Under the pieces are notes generated by a model. The model did not search any database. It was not told the DNA's origin and worked only from the letters and a program-made list of their open reading frames with translations. Made by a program: the position numbers and the translations under genes. A stretch of 64,000 nt of DNA, from positions 1 through 64,000 of IMG/VR virus record IMGVR_UViG_3300028603_000001; one strand, written 5' to 3'. Of the stretch, positions 47,451 to 57,020 are shown in pieces; within the stretch, counting starts at the first letter, position 1; every line of letters begins with the position of its first letter. Origin of the DNA: a virus. Its lineage: Duplodnaviria > Caudoviricetes.

Positions 47451-47608
47451 ATACAATTTTTTTTATCAGAATAATCATACTATAAGATTTTTTTAGCGAA
47501 AAAACATAATTTTATCGAGTTTTACCTCGAAGAGTAAAACTCCTAATAACCTTTCGTTATTTTTAAATATATCAATATATTTATACAATTTTTTTTATCA
47601 AAATAATC
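47451..47608. repeat. 26-bp direct repeat (47451-47476, 47583-47608) flanking two hairpins
   Basis: atacaattttttttatca(g/a)aataatc twice. Confidence 0.75.
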
Positions 47609-47609
47609 T

Positions 47610-48128
47610 TCATCTGTTATTGAAAATATTATAAGCAACAGCTAATCTTTGTTTTTGATTAGGAAATTCTTTGATTGTTCTTTCATTAGAAACAAATCTA
47701 GAAACAAATTCTTGTTCTGTCTCATCTTTTTTCGGTTTAATTAAAGCTTCAGCTAATTCAGGGTCACTTAAAATCTGTTCAACTTTATCTTCACCTATAT
47801 CAAGAAGTTGTAATCTTCGTTTATTCATCATACTAGCTACTTTTTGTAAAACACCTATATTTATAGTAGCATCATCAACAACAACATTTAGAATTTCAAT
47901 AATGTCATCTTTTAATTCATCTTCATAATTAACTGCTAAAGTAGCTATTACAGATTTAGCATCAGATATAAAATCCCAAGACTTTTGAATTAAAATATTT
48001 ATAGTTTCTTCAGAAGCTATTTTAACTGTTTCTTCATCTATCTCTGGTGCGTCTTCTACTTGTTGATTTTGTTCAGTATTCGGTATTGGTGTAACTTTTG
48101 TTTGGTCTTCATTTATTAGTTTAAGCAT
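47610..48128 (-). CDS. Hypothetical protein with small C-terminal phage domain
   Basis: PKKDETEQEFVSRF...EFPNQKQRLAVAY. Confidence 0.7.
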   Translation of the reverse strand: MLKLINEDQTKVTPIPNTEQNQQVEDAPEIDEETVKIASEETINILIQKSWDFISDAKSVIATLAVNYEDELKDDIIEILNVVVDDATINIGVLQKVASMMNKRRLQLLDIGEDKVEQILSDPELAEALIKPKKDETEQEFVSRFVSNERTIKEFPNQKQRLAVAYNIFNNR

Positions 48129-48142
48129 ATTTAAAACCTCAA

Positions 48143-48487
48143 TTATTTCTTATTTATATCATTTACAAACTTTATTGTTTGATCGATATAAGCACTTAAT
48201 TCATCAATAAATGTTGATATATCTAAATTAGCAGCATCGCAACCAGCTTTGATTGAAGCAATAACCATTTCTTTCTTTTCAACACCATTTTTACCACTTC
48301 TTTCAGCTTCTTTCATAGCAGCATCAGCCATAGACATCACTAATGCCCAAATTTCATTTTTATTTTTTTCTTTCAATACTTTGATGAAGTTTTTTATAGC
48401 AAAGAAAGCACCTATACCAGTTCCAACAAGTCCAATTAACCCAGTAATTAAAGCTATTAGACTCTCAAATGTTGTAATCCATTCCAT
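48143..48487 (-). CDS. Holin-like protein (LL-H-like)
   Basis: N-terminal TM helix; AAMKEAE...GVEKK. Confidence 0.6.
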   Translation of the reverse strand: MEWITTFESLIALITGLIGLVGTGIGAFFAIKNFIKVLKEKNKNEIWALVMSMADAAMKEAERSGKNGVEKKEMVIASIKAGCDAANLDISTFIDELSAYIDQTIKFVNDINKK

Positions 48488-48527
48488 TTCATATTCTCCT
48501 TGTTCGATTTGATTTTATATGTCATAT

Positions 48528-48536
48528 AATTTAGCA
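48528..48536 (-). promoter_or_regulatory. Putative late promoter TGCTAAATT
   Basis: Recurring motif. Confidence 0.7.
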
Positions 48537-48600
48537 CATTTATAATAAAACCATTATAGTGTGTTATTAATTATCATTTTCTTGATCTATTTTCCGCTTC

Positions 48601-48867
48601 TTACAAATATTTTTTCAAAGCTGCAGGCAAAACTGGATAATCTTCATATGAAGTCAGTTCTGTTATTGTATCAGGGAAGTCTAACATCTCTTGATACCAA
48701 GTCATAACATCTTGATCATCTGTTTCCCTGCCTCTTAGTACTGCACGTTCCCAAATATCAAATGCTTTGAATTGTTGTTCTCTTAATATTCTAAAATAAA
48801 TGAACCTTCTTTCAAGCAATTCTTCCTTAGTTATTTTGTTTTGTAAATATAAATTCTTAAGCAACAT
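48601..48867 (-). CDS. Probable tail-fibre assembly chaperone
   Basis: Follows fibre; R..R...D...WYQ..LD.P pattern. Confidence 0.6.
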   Translation of the reverse strand: MLLKNLYLQNKITKEELLERRFIYFRILREQQFKAFDIWERAVLRGRETDDQDVMTWYQEMLDFPDTITELTSYEDYPVLPAALKKYL

Positions 48868-48870
48868 AAT

Positions 48871-50541
48871 CTACCTCGCATAAACTACAACATAATTTTT
48901 TGATGCACCACTAATGCTCCATTCAATGCTAATGGAGTTGGTGTTACAATTAATAATAGAAGAACCCACATGTCCTGGTAAAGTCATTCCATTTACTAAA
49001 CTAACAGGTCCATACACAACCTCTGTCATATCTGAATATTTTCCAGTTGATAAGTCGGTGTAAATTACCATATATTCACTAACGTTTTCTGGAGAAAATG
49101 ATAGTCCACCATCATTACGCGGAGCGCTACCAAGATATGTCCATTGTTTTATATCTGATATAAAAGCTACTTCTCCAGACTTACCTGCAGGAAAGAGTAT
49201 ACTGTCGTTTAATGGAGTTGTTATTTCCACATCTGAGCCAGTACTAGTTATAGCTACACCATTTATTTTAGCTGCTATGCTTCCACCTTGTTGTGCTTGA
49301 ATAATATCATATTCAGCGCTCCCATCACCTAATTTATACCAAGAATTTGTTCTATTGTTATTTAATTTTTTCTGAGCCCAAATGTATTCTTCATTAGGAG
49401 CGCTAGAAGCAACATCGGTAGGAAGATGTAACGTAGCTGATGTCCCTGAAAGTGGTTTTGGCATATATATTTGAGTTTTAGTTGTAGCGCTATTATCCAC
49501 TATAAACTCTACTGGATGGATAGTACCTGAAGTTGAACTTTCTATAGATATGTTTCCTAGTTTTATTTCCGAACTCTTGATAGTTATTCCTTTACTATTA
49601 CCTAAATCTATTTTTGAACCAATTGGAATAGTAACTTCGCCAGTCATATTTACCAGGTTTGTACCAGTTAGTAATCCACCAACGCCAATAGTGAGATCAC
49701 CATCAATATCAACATCTCCATCTATCTCTATAGGTTTTGTACCAGTTAGTAATCCACCGCTGCCAATAGTGAGATTACCATTAATATCAACATTTCCGTC
49801 AATATCAATAGTTTTATCATCTTCTGTTTTAATATTTTTATCAATTGTTATTATAACTCCTGCATTCTCAGCTGTTATAGTAGAAACTTTAAGTTGATCT
49901 GTTTGCACTGAGTCAGCTGTAATATCTCCGCTAGTTATAGAATTGCTCTGCACATTACCGGCAGATATTGTTTCTGATACAGATATGTTATCAGCGTTTA
50001 TTTCCTCTGCGAGTATTGCAGTTGTCGTTAATTCTTCTCTGATAGATCTATTTGTATTTTTATTTCTTATTTCATCACTAGTTAGTTTTAATTTTTGCTC
50101 TATTATCTCTCCATTTTCATCTCTAACCTTTAAGCCATAATACTTTACTATTAACTCACCGTTATCATATTCATCATCAGGAATAGTTGCATCAAAACCT
50201 AACCCAGTAAAATTATCAGATTCATCATCTAAAGCACTTGCAGGTATTGCAGATAATGTCCACCCCACTCCAACTTTTTCTAGTTTAATGTATGCAAATA
50301 AATTATTTCCTAGTGGTATACTTGTTTTTAAACACCTAAACCAATATCCGTGAATATTAAATATTACATAATCTGAATCATCTGGGTCGGTAAACATTTG
50401 TTCTAAATTCTCATCTGATGAACTTAAGCGATTAAATTTAATCAGATTTTCTTCAGTTGTTCTCTTTGCTTCTGCATCACCATTTCTAAACGCCGATGGA
50501 AACACTTTTATATCAGTTGTTCCAATATATTCTATTGCCAT
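48871..50541 (-). CDS. Tail fibre / receptor-binding protein
   Basis: Beta-helix-like repeats; end of baseplate operon. Confidence 0.7.
   Translation of the reverse strand: MAIEYIGTTDIKVFPSAFRNGDAEAKRTTEENLIKFNRLSSSDENLEQMFTDPDDSDYVIFNIHGYWFRCLKTSIPLGNNLFAYIKLEKVGVGWTLSAIPASALDDESDNFTGLGFDATIPDDEYDNGELIVKYYGLKVRDENGEIIEQKLKLTSDEIRNKNTNRSIREELTTTAILAEEINADNISVSETISAGNVQSNSITSGDITADSVQTDQLKVSTITAENAGVIITIDKNIKTEDDKTIDIDGNVDINGNLTIGSGGLLTGTKPIEIDGDVDIDGDLTIGVGGLLTGTNLVNMTGEVTIPIGSKIDLGNSKGITIKSSEIKLGNISIESSTSGTIHPVEFIVDNSATTKTQIYMPKPLSGTSATLHLPTDVASSAPNEEYIWAQKKLNNNRTNSWYKLGDGSAEYDIIQAQQGGSIAAKINGVAITSTGSDVEITTPLNDSILFPAGKSGEVAFISDIKQWTYLGSAPRNDGGLSFSPENVSEYMVIYTDLSTGKYSDMTEVVYGPVSLVNGMTLPGHVGSSIINCNTNSISIEWSISGASKNYVVVYAR
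49658..49813 (-). repeat. 78-bp tandem duplication within the fibre gene
   Basis: IDG.VDI.G.LTIG.GGLLTGT twice. Confidence 0.8.
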
Positions 50542-50562
50542 TTAAATTTTCTCCTTTTGTTG

Positions 50563-51063
50563 TTATTCTGAAACCGGATTCATAAATTTTAGATCCCAAT
50601 ATATCAGTAAAGATGCCGCGACATCCGTGTCTATTCTATCAGTTCCTTCTAAATCTAATGTCGCACAGATATCCTCAGATTCATTTTTTAATTGTAATTG
50701 GGTTATCTGCTTATCAGGAATTAAAGAGCTAACTGGTACAACAAATACGTATCTAATAATGTTATTTTCTGATCCAGAACTTATCGCACTATCATTAAAA
50801 TACATAATATCTTGAACAGCTGCTTTATAATAGAAACAAGGTGATTCAGGATCTCCAGTAGCATCAACGCCCATCAAATATTTAGGCATGTATTTTTTAG
50901 CATCATCGAATCTTCCACCTAAAGCTTGTGTTATGGCAGTAAAAAGTGCTATCTTTCCTTCATTGTGCTTCTTTATTTGTTTAGTTTTTTTCCCATATTT
51001 ATATTGAATATAAACTTCTCCATTATAGAAAACAGCGTCATTAGTTTTTATATTTTTTTTCAT
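50563..51063 (-). CDS. Baseplate / fibre-attachment protein
   Basis: Position in operon; ends LLIYWDLKF. Confidence 0.55.
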   Translation of the reverse strand: MKKNIKTNDAVFYNGEVYIQYKYGKKTKQIKKHNEGKIALFTAITQALGGRFDDAKKYMPKYLMGVDATGDPESPCFYYKAAVQDIMYFNDSAISSGSENNIIRYVFVVPVSSLIPDKQITQLQLKNESEDICATLDLEGTDRIDTDVAASLLIYWDLKFMNPVSE

Positions 51064-51851
51064 TATGAATTTCCTCCATCAAACACAGTTCCAGTTATTA
51101 TTGTTCCTATATGTTTATTTTTTTCTTTTTTATAATAAGAACCTGGTGAATATTCTGATTCTTCATTCAAAACAAAACCACTTCCTTCACTATAAACATA
51201 ATAATCACCATAATTAGTACCCCAATTAGCGGGTTCCTCAGTTAACAACACAAACACATAACCCCCATCAGGATCAGATAATATTTGAGATGTATCTTGA
51301 TTAATACTGTAAGCATGCTCTGTATCAAAATCTGGATTAACTTCTAAATACTTAGCATCAGAAGGTTCAACTTTTGTAAATTTGTATAACATTCCAGCTG
51401 GAAGAATATAATCAAATAAATCTTCTAGTAATACGGTCCCTGTTAGCTGAGCTGGGATTTTTAGATCTAAAATAAATTGATTTTCTCCTGTTGTTGGAAT
51501 TGTACCAATAAAATCAACAATATTATTTATTTTTATTTTTTGACTGTTGATAAGTAATCTTATAGCTGTATTAATAGCTTCTTTTGTTCCTTTTTTCTTA
51601 ATTAAGTCTGAAAACGAGCTGATTATATAAATCAAATCTCGTGTTGTATATTTATGCTTAGATTCGAAACCAAGCGTTAATGCCAGAAGCTCAATTGTTG
51701 TAGCATCAATGTCTGGGGAGTCTCGATTAAACATTACAGAATCAGCCCCTGTTTTCATATAATTAAATAATACTTCAAATAATCTACCAATATAACTAAA
51801 ATCTCTTGATTGACTGTAATAAACCTCTGGAATTAATTTTTCAACTTTCAT
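51063..51851 (-). CDS. Baseplate wedge protein (P2 gpI / T4 gp7-like)
   Basis: LLALTLG, KKKGTKEAI, YILPAG. Confidence 0.75.
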   Translation of the reverse strand: MKVEKLIPEVYYSQSRDFSYIGRLFEVLFNYMKTGADSVMFNRDSPDIDATTIELLALTLGFESKHKYTTRDLIYIISSFSDLIKKKGTKEAINTAIRLLINSQKIKINNIVDFIGTIPTTGENQFILDLKIPAQLTGTVLLEDLFDYILPAGMLYKFTKVEPSDAKYLEVNPDFDTEHAYSINQDTSQILSDPDGGYVFVLLTEEPANWGTNYGDYYVYSEGSGFVLNEESEYSPGSYYKKEKNKHIGTIITGTVFDGGNS

Positions 51852-51864
51852 CTTGTCATTACCT

Positions 51865-54800
51865 CTATTTCATAGAACTTTTAGCTATTCTTATTTTATC
51901 TTTACTTGCTGAAAAATCAATCTTAGGCAAAACCCATTTGTTAGCTATATTGTTACTATCGTAAAATGCTTGTGCTGTATTTAAAGTCACTGTTTCTGAT
52001 AATTCAATTTCTTTGCTTGGATCAAGATCTGCAAAAGGATAGAATTTCTCGTATTGCTCTCCAAATTCAGTTTCTAAATATGTAATAAATGTTGCCAAAT
52101 CAGATTTTAAACCTAATAATGGATTTATCCCTTTTACATATTTAAGAGGACTCATAGTAAATGATTGCTCTGGTTCCAATCGATTTAAAATCCAATAAGC
52201 AGCTGTTGGTGCGGTTAATGTTAATTTTAATATATTTATTCCATTATTTAGTTCCACATCATTTCCTATAGGGTTACTATCAGAATCATAAGCTTGCAAA
52301 GTAGGTTTAGCTACCTCACCGATATCATTACCATAAATCATAACATAACAATCAACATCAGCAACATCTGCAGCATAAAACTTAGCTTCACCAGATCCAT
52401 CAAAATTTGGTCCATACATGCCGTTTTCTAATACCTGTATTGCGCAATCAGTAGCTTTGCTTATTTTCAATAATGTTGGGTAAACGAAATCTTCTAAATT
52501 AGCTAAAGTAAAAACCCCTAAATTTATATTTTTTCCACCACCTTTTTGAATTAATGTATTAGCTTTTAAAACGAAACCTTGCTCTAATACACCATCATAA
52601 GTACCTGAATCTTCTGTGTCTATGGCGCTATCATCTATGGAATAATAAATCTTTTGGTTAGAAACCAATACCTGTTCTAAATTAGGCCCACAATTGATAT
52701 CTAATATTGAGCGGCAACTCCAATCAGCATCAGGAACAAGAGACTTATCAGGCAGATCTTCTCTATCTGATGTATTCGCATATTGGTAAGATATCTTAGT
52801 TCCATCGTCAATAAGAGTAAAATCATTATCTGTAATAGTCAAAGAAGGAGAACCACTACCAATATATATTGTATCACCAGCAGTAAATGTTTTTATCTCA
52901 TTTTCAGTTATCTCTAAATAGTTTTCACTAGTAAAAACAACGGTTTTAAATGAATCTCTAAGCGCATATAATCCTTCTAAATTAATATCATCTATATTTA
53001 TATCAGCATCACATTCCCAATTCCAATTAGACATTCCAGAAGTTCGTTTTAACTTAGTTCCTGAACCAAAAGCGTAAAGAGATGTTAAGTTAGGATCTGA
53101 ATAGAAGAAGTATTCGTTTTCTTTGAGAGTATAAACATCACCTTCCCATTTTATTTCATTTTTAGGTTCATTTGTTATCCAATAACATTTTTTTTGTATT
53201 ACCAATTTTTCAGAATTTATTTTTTTAATCTCTATTTGTTCATCTGGGCCTAAATAATAAACAGGATATGTTTCACTATTAATCGTTGGATTTTTATCTG
53301 GTGATTTACTATTAGCGGTATGACCTGCTTCTGTGTATAAAATATTTTTAGAATTAATTATTTTCCCTGATGTTATAAAATCATAAGTCCATTTATTATC
53401 CTTGAAATAATATAAAAGTAATGTTTCTCCTGATTTAAGTAAATAATCTGTATTTGCTGGGATGTCTGTTCCAGAGTTTAATTCTAAATAATATAAAACA
53501 CCAGCAGCATAGATATTTTCTGATATGATATTAGGCGCTATAAATTGAACAACTTCATTATCTTTAAGAGTATAAGAATTTCCTCCATCTATTGTATCAA
53601 TATTACATTCAGTCGTTATTCTCTTCACACCAGTTATTTTTTCAACCTCTTCATAAGAATAATCAGGGGTAAAATCATTATCATATTCAAATAAAGGTAC
53701 TCTTCCACCTAACACATTCTTAGCAACAATTTTTTTAAATTCATCACTGTCGGTACTAGAATCTATATAAATATCATGCTCATCACCGTCTTTTGTGATT
53801 ATTTTAGGAGTTTGCTCTGGTTCTTGTAAACTAACAGCTTTTATTCTTGCATCTGCGTTTTTCATAACATCTATTAATTTTTCAAAAGGAATTTCATAAC
53901 CGAAGTTTAATTTTCGAGCGTTGAATTCCTTAGCTAAAGCACTATACACATTAGCTATAATATCTGATTGTTCTAATATGTTAACTTTTGCTGTAGTACT
54001 TATAGTTGCAGTTAGATCATAACAAAGTTGAATAGAAACTATATCTTCATTAGCTAACGTCTTATATGTATGTGATAAATTTTTATATAAGTTTGTATTT
54101 GTTTCAATTTGTGCTGTAATAGCATTTATTTTATTTTGCGGTAAAAGCTTAAATGAATTATTATAACCATCTGTGTTTGAATTTATAGCCGAAAAGGTTG
54201 TATTTGTAATTGGCCTAAATGGATAAATAGTTAAGTCAAAAGGTGTTATAGCAGCTTTTGGGATTGACTCAACAATTGAACCAGCTGCAACATCATACGT
54301 CACAACATCGCAAGCATAATTTATATCAGTTCTTCTATCAGCTACTTGAACATTTGATACTAAAGGTGTACCTGTTGTTTGGTTAAGCATATTATAGATA
54401 ACATTAGCATAATCTCTGCAAGTAACTAATGTATCAAAAGTACCAATGATTTTTTTAAAACCTAGGTAAGATTGATCTAAAGTTTCTGGGTTAGATCCTG
54501 ATACTGCAGCAGATAAATTAGTCACTCTAATATCAGCATTATCTATTCCATCATCAATAACTTGCCCATCTTGAATTACTGTTCTTTTTTTAATATTTAT
54601 TAATTCTTTAGCTGCAACATTTCCAATTTCACCTTGTGTAACAACATAATCAACAGTTAAACCATCGCCTATAATATCTGATACCCACTCTGGGAATTCA
54701 ATATAAGGAAGATTTCTTTTTGAATCAAAACCAAACTTATAACAAGGAGACCCATAAATTTGAGTATTTAGATTATCAACTTTTTCCCATAAAGAGCTTC

Positions 54801-55407
54801 CATATAAAGAGTTTGATATAATAACACCATTTTCAGCAACCATAACCTCTGGAAAATAAAGTCTATTATTAGATGTAAGATTTTCAAGTTGTATCAAATT
54901 ATTGCCTAAAACCGATAGGTGTTGAATTTTTCCCTGAATAACTGATATTTCACCTGAAGTGTTTGTAGTTTTTGATATTTCTGCATTCTCCATTGTTACA
55001 TAAGCTATTTTAGATGAAGATTCAATTACTGAATACCTAGGAATTACGATATTTGAAATCAATTCCTCCGGTTTCTTGTAGCTACATACAACAGTTGTTT
55101 GTGCAGCTACATAGTAATGCATATGATATCCCAGAGATTCAGTTAATTCTCGCATCGATTCTTCTTGCGTACAACTAGAAATAAACATCTCTAATATATT
55201 CTTATCAATATTATAATTTACTTTATCTGCTACAAACGCAGCTAATTTAAGCAGAACGACAAATGGGTCGGTTTCAACAGCAGTTGTTGGTGAAAATCTA
55301 TTACTTATTTTTTCCGCGTATGTTAATAATTCCTCATAAATAGCTGCAAAATCTTTATTTGTATAAGATTTATTAGATATTTCTAATTCTCTTTCGGTGA
55401 ATGCCAT
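51865..55407 (-). CDS. Baseplate wedge protein (T4 gp6 / baseplate J-like)
   Basis: SYTNKDF, LGY, VTQG..GNV, GSNPET, TLVT.RDY. Confidence 0.88.
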   Translation of the reverse strand: MAFTERELEISNKSYTNKDFAAIYEELLTYAEKISNRFSPTTAVETDPFVVLLKLAAFVADKVNYNIDKNILEMFISSCTQEESMRELTESLGYHMHYYVAAQTTVVCSYKKPEELISNIVIPRYSVIESSSKIAYVTMENAEISKTTNTSGEISVIQGKIQHLSVLGNNLIQLENLTSNNRLYFPEVMVAENGVIISNSLYGSSLWEKVDNLNTQIYGSPCYKFGFDSKRNLPYIEFPEWVSDIIGDGLTVDYVVTQGEIGNVAAKELINIKKRTVIQDGQVIDDGIDNADIRVTNLSAAVSGSNPETLDQSYLGFKKIIGTFDTLVTCRDYANVIYNMLNQTTGTPLVSNVQVADRRTDINYACDVVTYDVAAGSIVESIPKAAITPFDLTIYPFRPITNTTFSAINSNTDGYNNSFKLLPQNKINAITAQIETNTNLYKNLSHTYKTLANEDIVSIQLCYDLTATISTTAKVNILEQSDIIANVYSALAKEFNARKLNFGYEIPFEKLIDVMKNADARIKAVSLQEPEQTPKIITKDGDEHDIYIDSSTDSDEFKKIVAKNVLGGRVPLFEYDNDFTPDYSYEEVEKITGVKRITTECNIDTIDGGNSYTLKDNEVVQFIAPNIISENIYAAGVLYYLELNSGTDIPANTDYLLKSGETLLLYYFKDNKWTYDFITSGKIINSKNILYTEAGHTANSKSPDKNPTINSETYPVYYLGPDEQIEIKKINSEKLVIQKKCYWITNEPKNEIKWEGDVYTLKENEYFFYSDPNLTSLYAFGSGTKLKRTSGMSNWNWECDADINIDDINLEGLYALRDSFKTVVFTSENYLEITENEIKTFTAGDTIYIGSGSPSLTITDNDFTLIDDGTKISYQYANTSDREDLPDKSLVPDADWSCRSILDINCGPNLEQVLVSNQKIYYSIDDSAIDTEDSGTYDGVLEQGFVLKANTLIQKGGGKNINLGVFTLANLEDFVYPTLLKISKATDCAIQVLENGMYGPNFDGSGEAKFYAADVADVDCYVMIYGNDIGEVAKPTLQAYDSDSNPIGNDVELNNGINILKLTLTAPTAAYWILNRLEPEQSFTMSPLKYVKGINPLLGLKSDLATFITYLETEFGEQYEKFYPFADLDPSKEIELSETVTLNTAQAFYDSNNIANKWVLPKIDFSASKDKIRIAKSSMK

Positions 55408-55409
55408 AT

Positions 55410-55784
55410 TTATTCACTCCCTTCTATTTTAAATAAAACCAGAGAGAACATATTCGTAATAAATGTTTCTTGATTTTTATATATAATATTTGCTACAAGT
55501 TTACTTCCATCAATAAATATTTTTATATCTCTTCTTTCAATATAAATTTGTGGGCAATAATCTACTATTTTTGTGTATATTTCATCAATTAAGATATCTC
55601 TTAATATAACATTATTCTGTTCAAAAAAATATCTTTTCAGGTGTATCCCAAAATCTGGATCACCAAAAAATTCGCCGCATTCAGAACTTACAAGTAAGCG
55701 AATGCTTTGTTTTGTGGCTTCATCTCCATATTTAACAGAAGTAGAATTACCATTAAATATTTTAGGAAAACTTATAGTGTTCAT
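55410..55784 (-). CDS. gp25/GPW-like baseplate (sheath initiator) protein
   Basis: GEFFGDPDFG..LKRYFFE. Confidence 0.88.
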   Translation of the reverse strand: MNTISFPKIFNGNSTSVKYGDEATKQSIRLLVSSECGEFFGDPDFGIHLKRYFFEQNNVILRDILIDEIYTKIVDYCPQIYIERRDIKIFIDGSKLVANIIYKNQETFITNMFSLVLFKIEGSE

Positions 55785-55820
55785 TAATTTTCTCCTTTTA
55801 AGTCATTTAAAATATCATTA

Positions 55821-55829
55821 AATTTAGCA
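55821..55829 (-). promoter_or_regulatory. Putative late promoter TGCTAAATT
   Basis: Recurring motif. Confidence 0.7.
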
Positions 55830-55863
55830 CAAATACTGATATTTTTATTTTACATAAATAATT

Positions 55864-55948
55864 CTGAGGTAAACATGCATTATATGCTCGATAACCGAGC
55901 GTAGTCATAATTACTGCTAAAGGCAGCAAACTCATAAGCTCACCCCAG
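55864..55948 (-). ncRNA. Candidate structured RNA (three-way junction)
   Basis: GC-rich island; 11-bp closing stem and two inner stems with many G-U pairs that work only on the minus strand. Confidence 0.55.
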
Positions 55949-55957
55949 TTATTTTTG

Positions 55958-56998
55958 TTATTTAATCAAGGTATATAACCATGAAGTATTTATCTTGTAA
56001 TCATCGTTAACTTTATACGGTAATTTTCCTTCAATTGGGTCATAAAACGACATTATATCTTTTCTAAATCCCATATGTAGTGTTTCACTAGATAAACTTA
56101 TTAAATTTCCTTGCGCATCAACCAAACCAAATTTAATTTTTAATGAACCTGTAAAATCTCTTCCACTGTTCCTTTTACCACTTCCATAGAATAAAGTAAA
56201 ATCATCTGTTTCTTGATCGTAAGAGATTAGAGGTAACCAGTCAATGCGATAATCAATACGTATAAAGCCATCATCTATATGTTGCTGTGTTATTTCCCAT
56301 TCTGTTTTAATTAAACCGTTATTAGGCATCCATACTGGGACATCAGGATTAATCGCTCCATCTAAACCTTGGTTTTTATTTGCAATATATCCATAACCAA
56401 AAGATGCAACACCTATATTTAAATTATTTGGATCTGATGGATGCTGATATCCTTTCTTGGATTGTCTACGTCTAGTTGTTCGGTATAAAAAAATTCTTGA
56501 TCCAATATCTGAAGCAGTAAAATTATTCAAACATATGTAAATATTATCAATGTCTTTTTTGATAGTGATCACTTTATTAATTTTATTTTCAAGATATGTG
56601 ACTTTTTCTTGCAACATTTCATTTTGCTGGATTGTTGATTGTATATCATTAAAAGATATATCACCAATAAAAGTATTTTTAGATAATTCTGTATGTCCAG
56701 TTACAGATAATCCTTTTAATTTGAGTTTTCCATTACTCTTATTATCTAAACCTTGATATATTTTCCCTAAAATTATCGGCAAAGATTTATTATTATTTAA
56801 AAATCCTACATAAACAACATCACCTATAGCATAGGAATCATATAAGCCAGGAATAGTTGAACAGTTAGCTACATATGTGTAATTACTTTTATTATCATCT
56901 CCAGGTATTTGAAATATATTCAATTCGACTTTATATGCGTTCCCAACGAAATTTCCTTTATTTATTCCTATTTCTCTTATTATGCCTGCTGTGATCAT
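55958..56998 (-). CDS. Baseplate spike-like protein (gp5/gpV OB-fold) with an extra C-terminal domain
   Basis: GDVVYVGF...PIILG; follows the hub gene. Confidence 0.7.
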   Translation of the reverse strand: MITAGIIREIGINKGNFVGNAYKVELNIFQIPGDDNKSNYTYVANCSTIPGLYDSYAIGDVVYVGFLNNNKSLPIILGKIYQGLDNKSNGKLKLKGLSVTGHTELSKNTFIGDISFNDIQSTIQQNEMLQEKVTYLENKINKVITIKKDIDNIYICLNNFTASDIGSRIFLYRTTRRRQSKKGYQHPSDPNNLNIGVASFGYGYIANKNQGLDGAINPDVPVWMPNNGLIKTEWEITQQHIDDGFIRIDYRIDWLPLISYDQETDDFTLFYGSGKRNSGRDFTGSLKIKFGLVDAQGNLISLSSETLHMGFRKDIMSFYDPIEGKLPYKVNDDYKINTSWLYTLIK

Positions 56999-57020
56999 AT
57001 GTTTCTCCTATAATTTTAAT

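Noticed and set aside
55864-55948. Hammerhead ribozyme
   Set aside because: CTTATGAG only resembles CUGAUGA, and the GAAA core is missing
48871-56998. Diversity-generating retroelement or invertible fibre cassette
   Set aside because: No reverse transcriptase, template repeat, invertase or inverted fibre copies seen in the window
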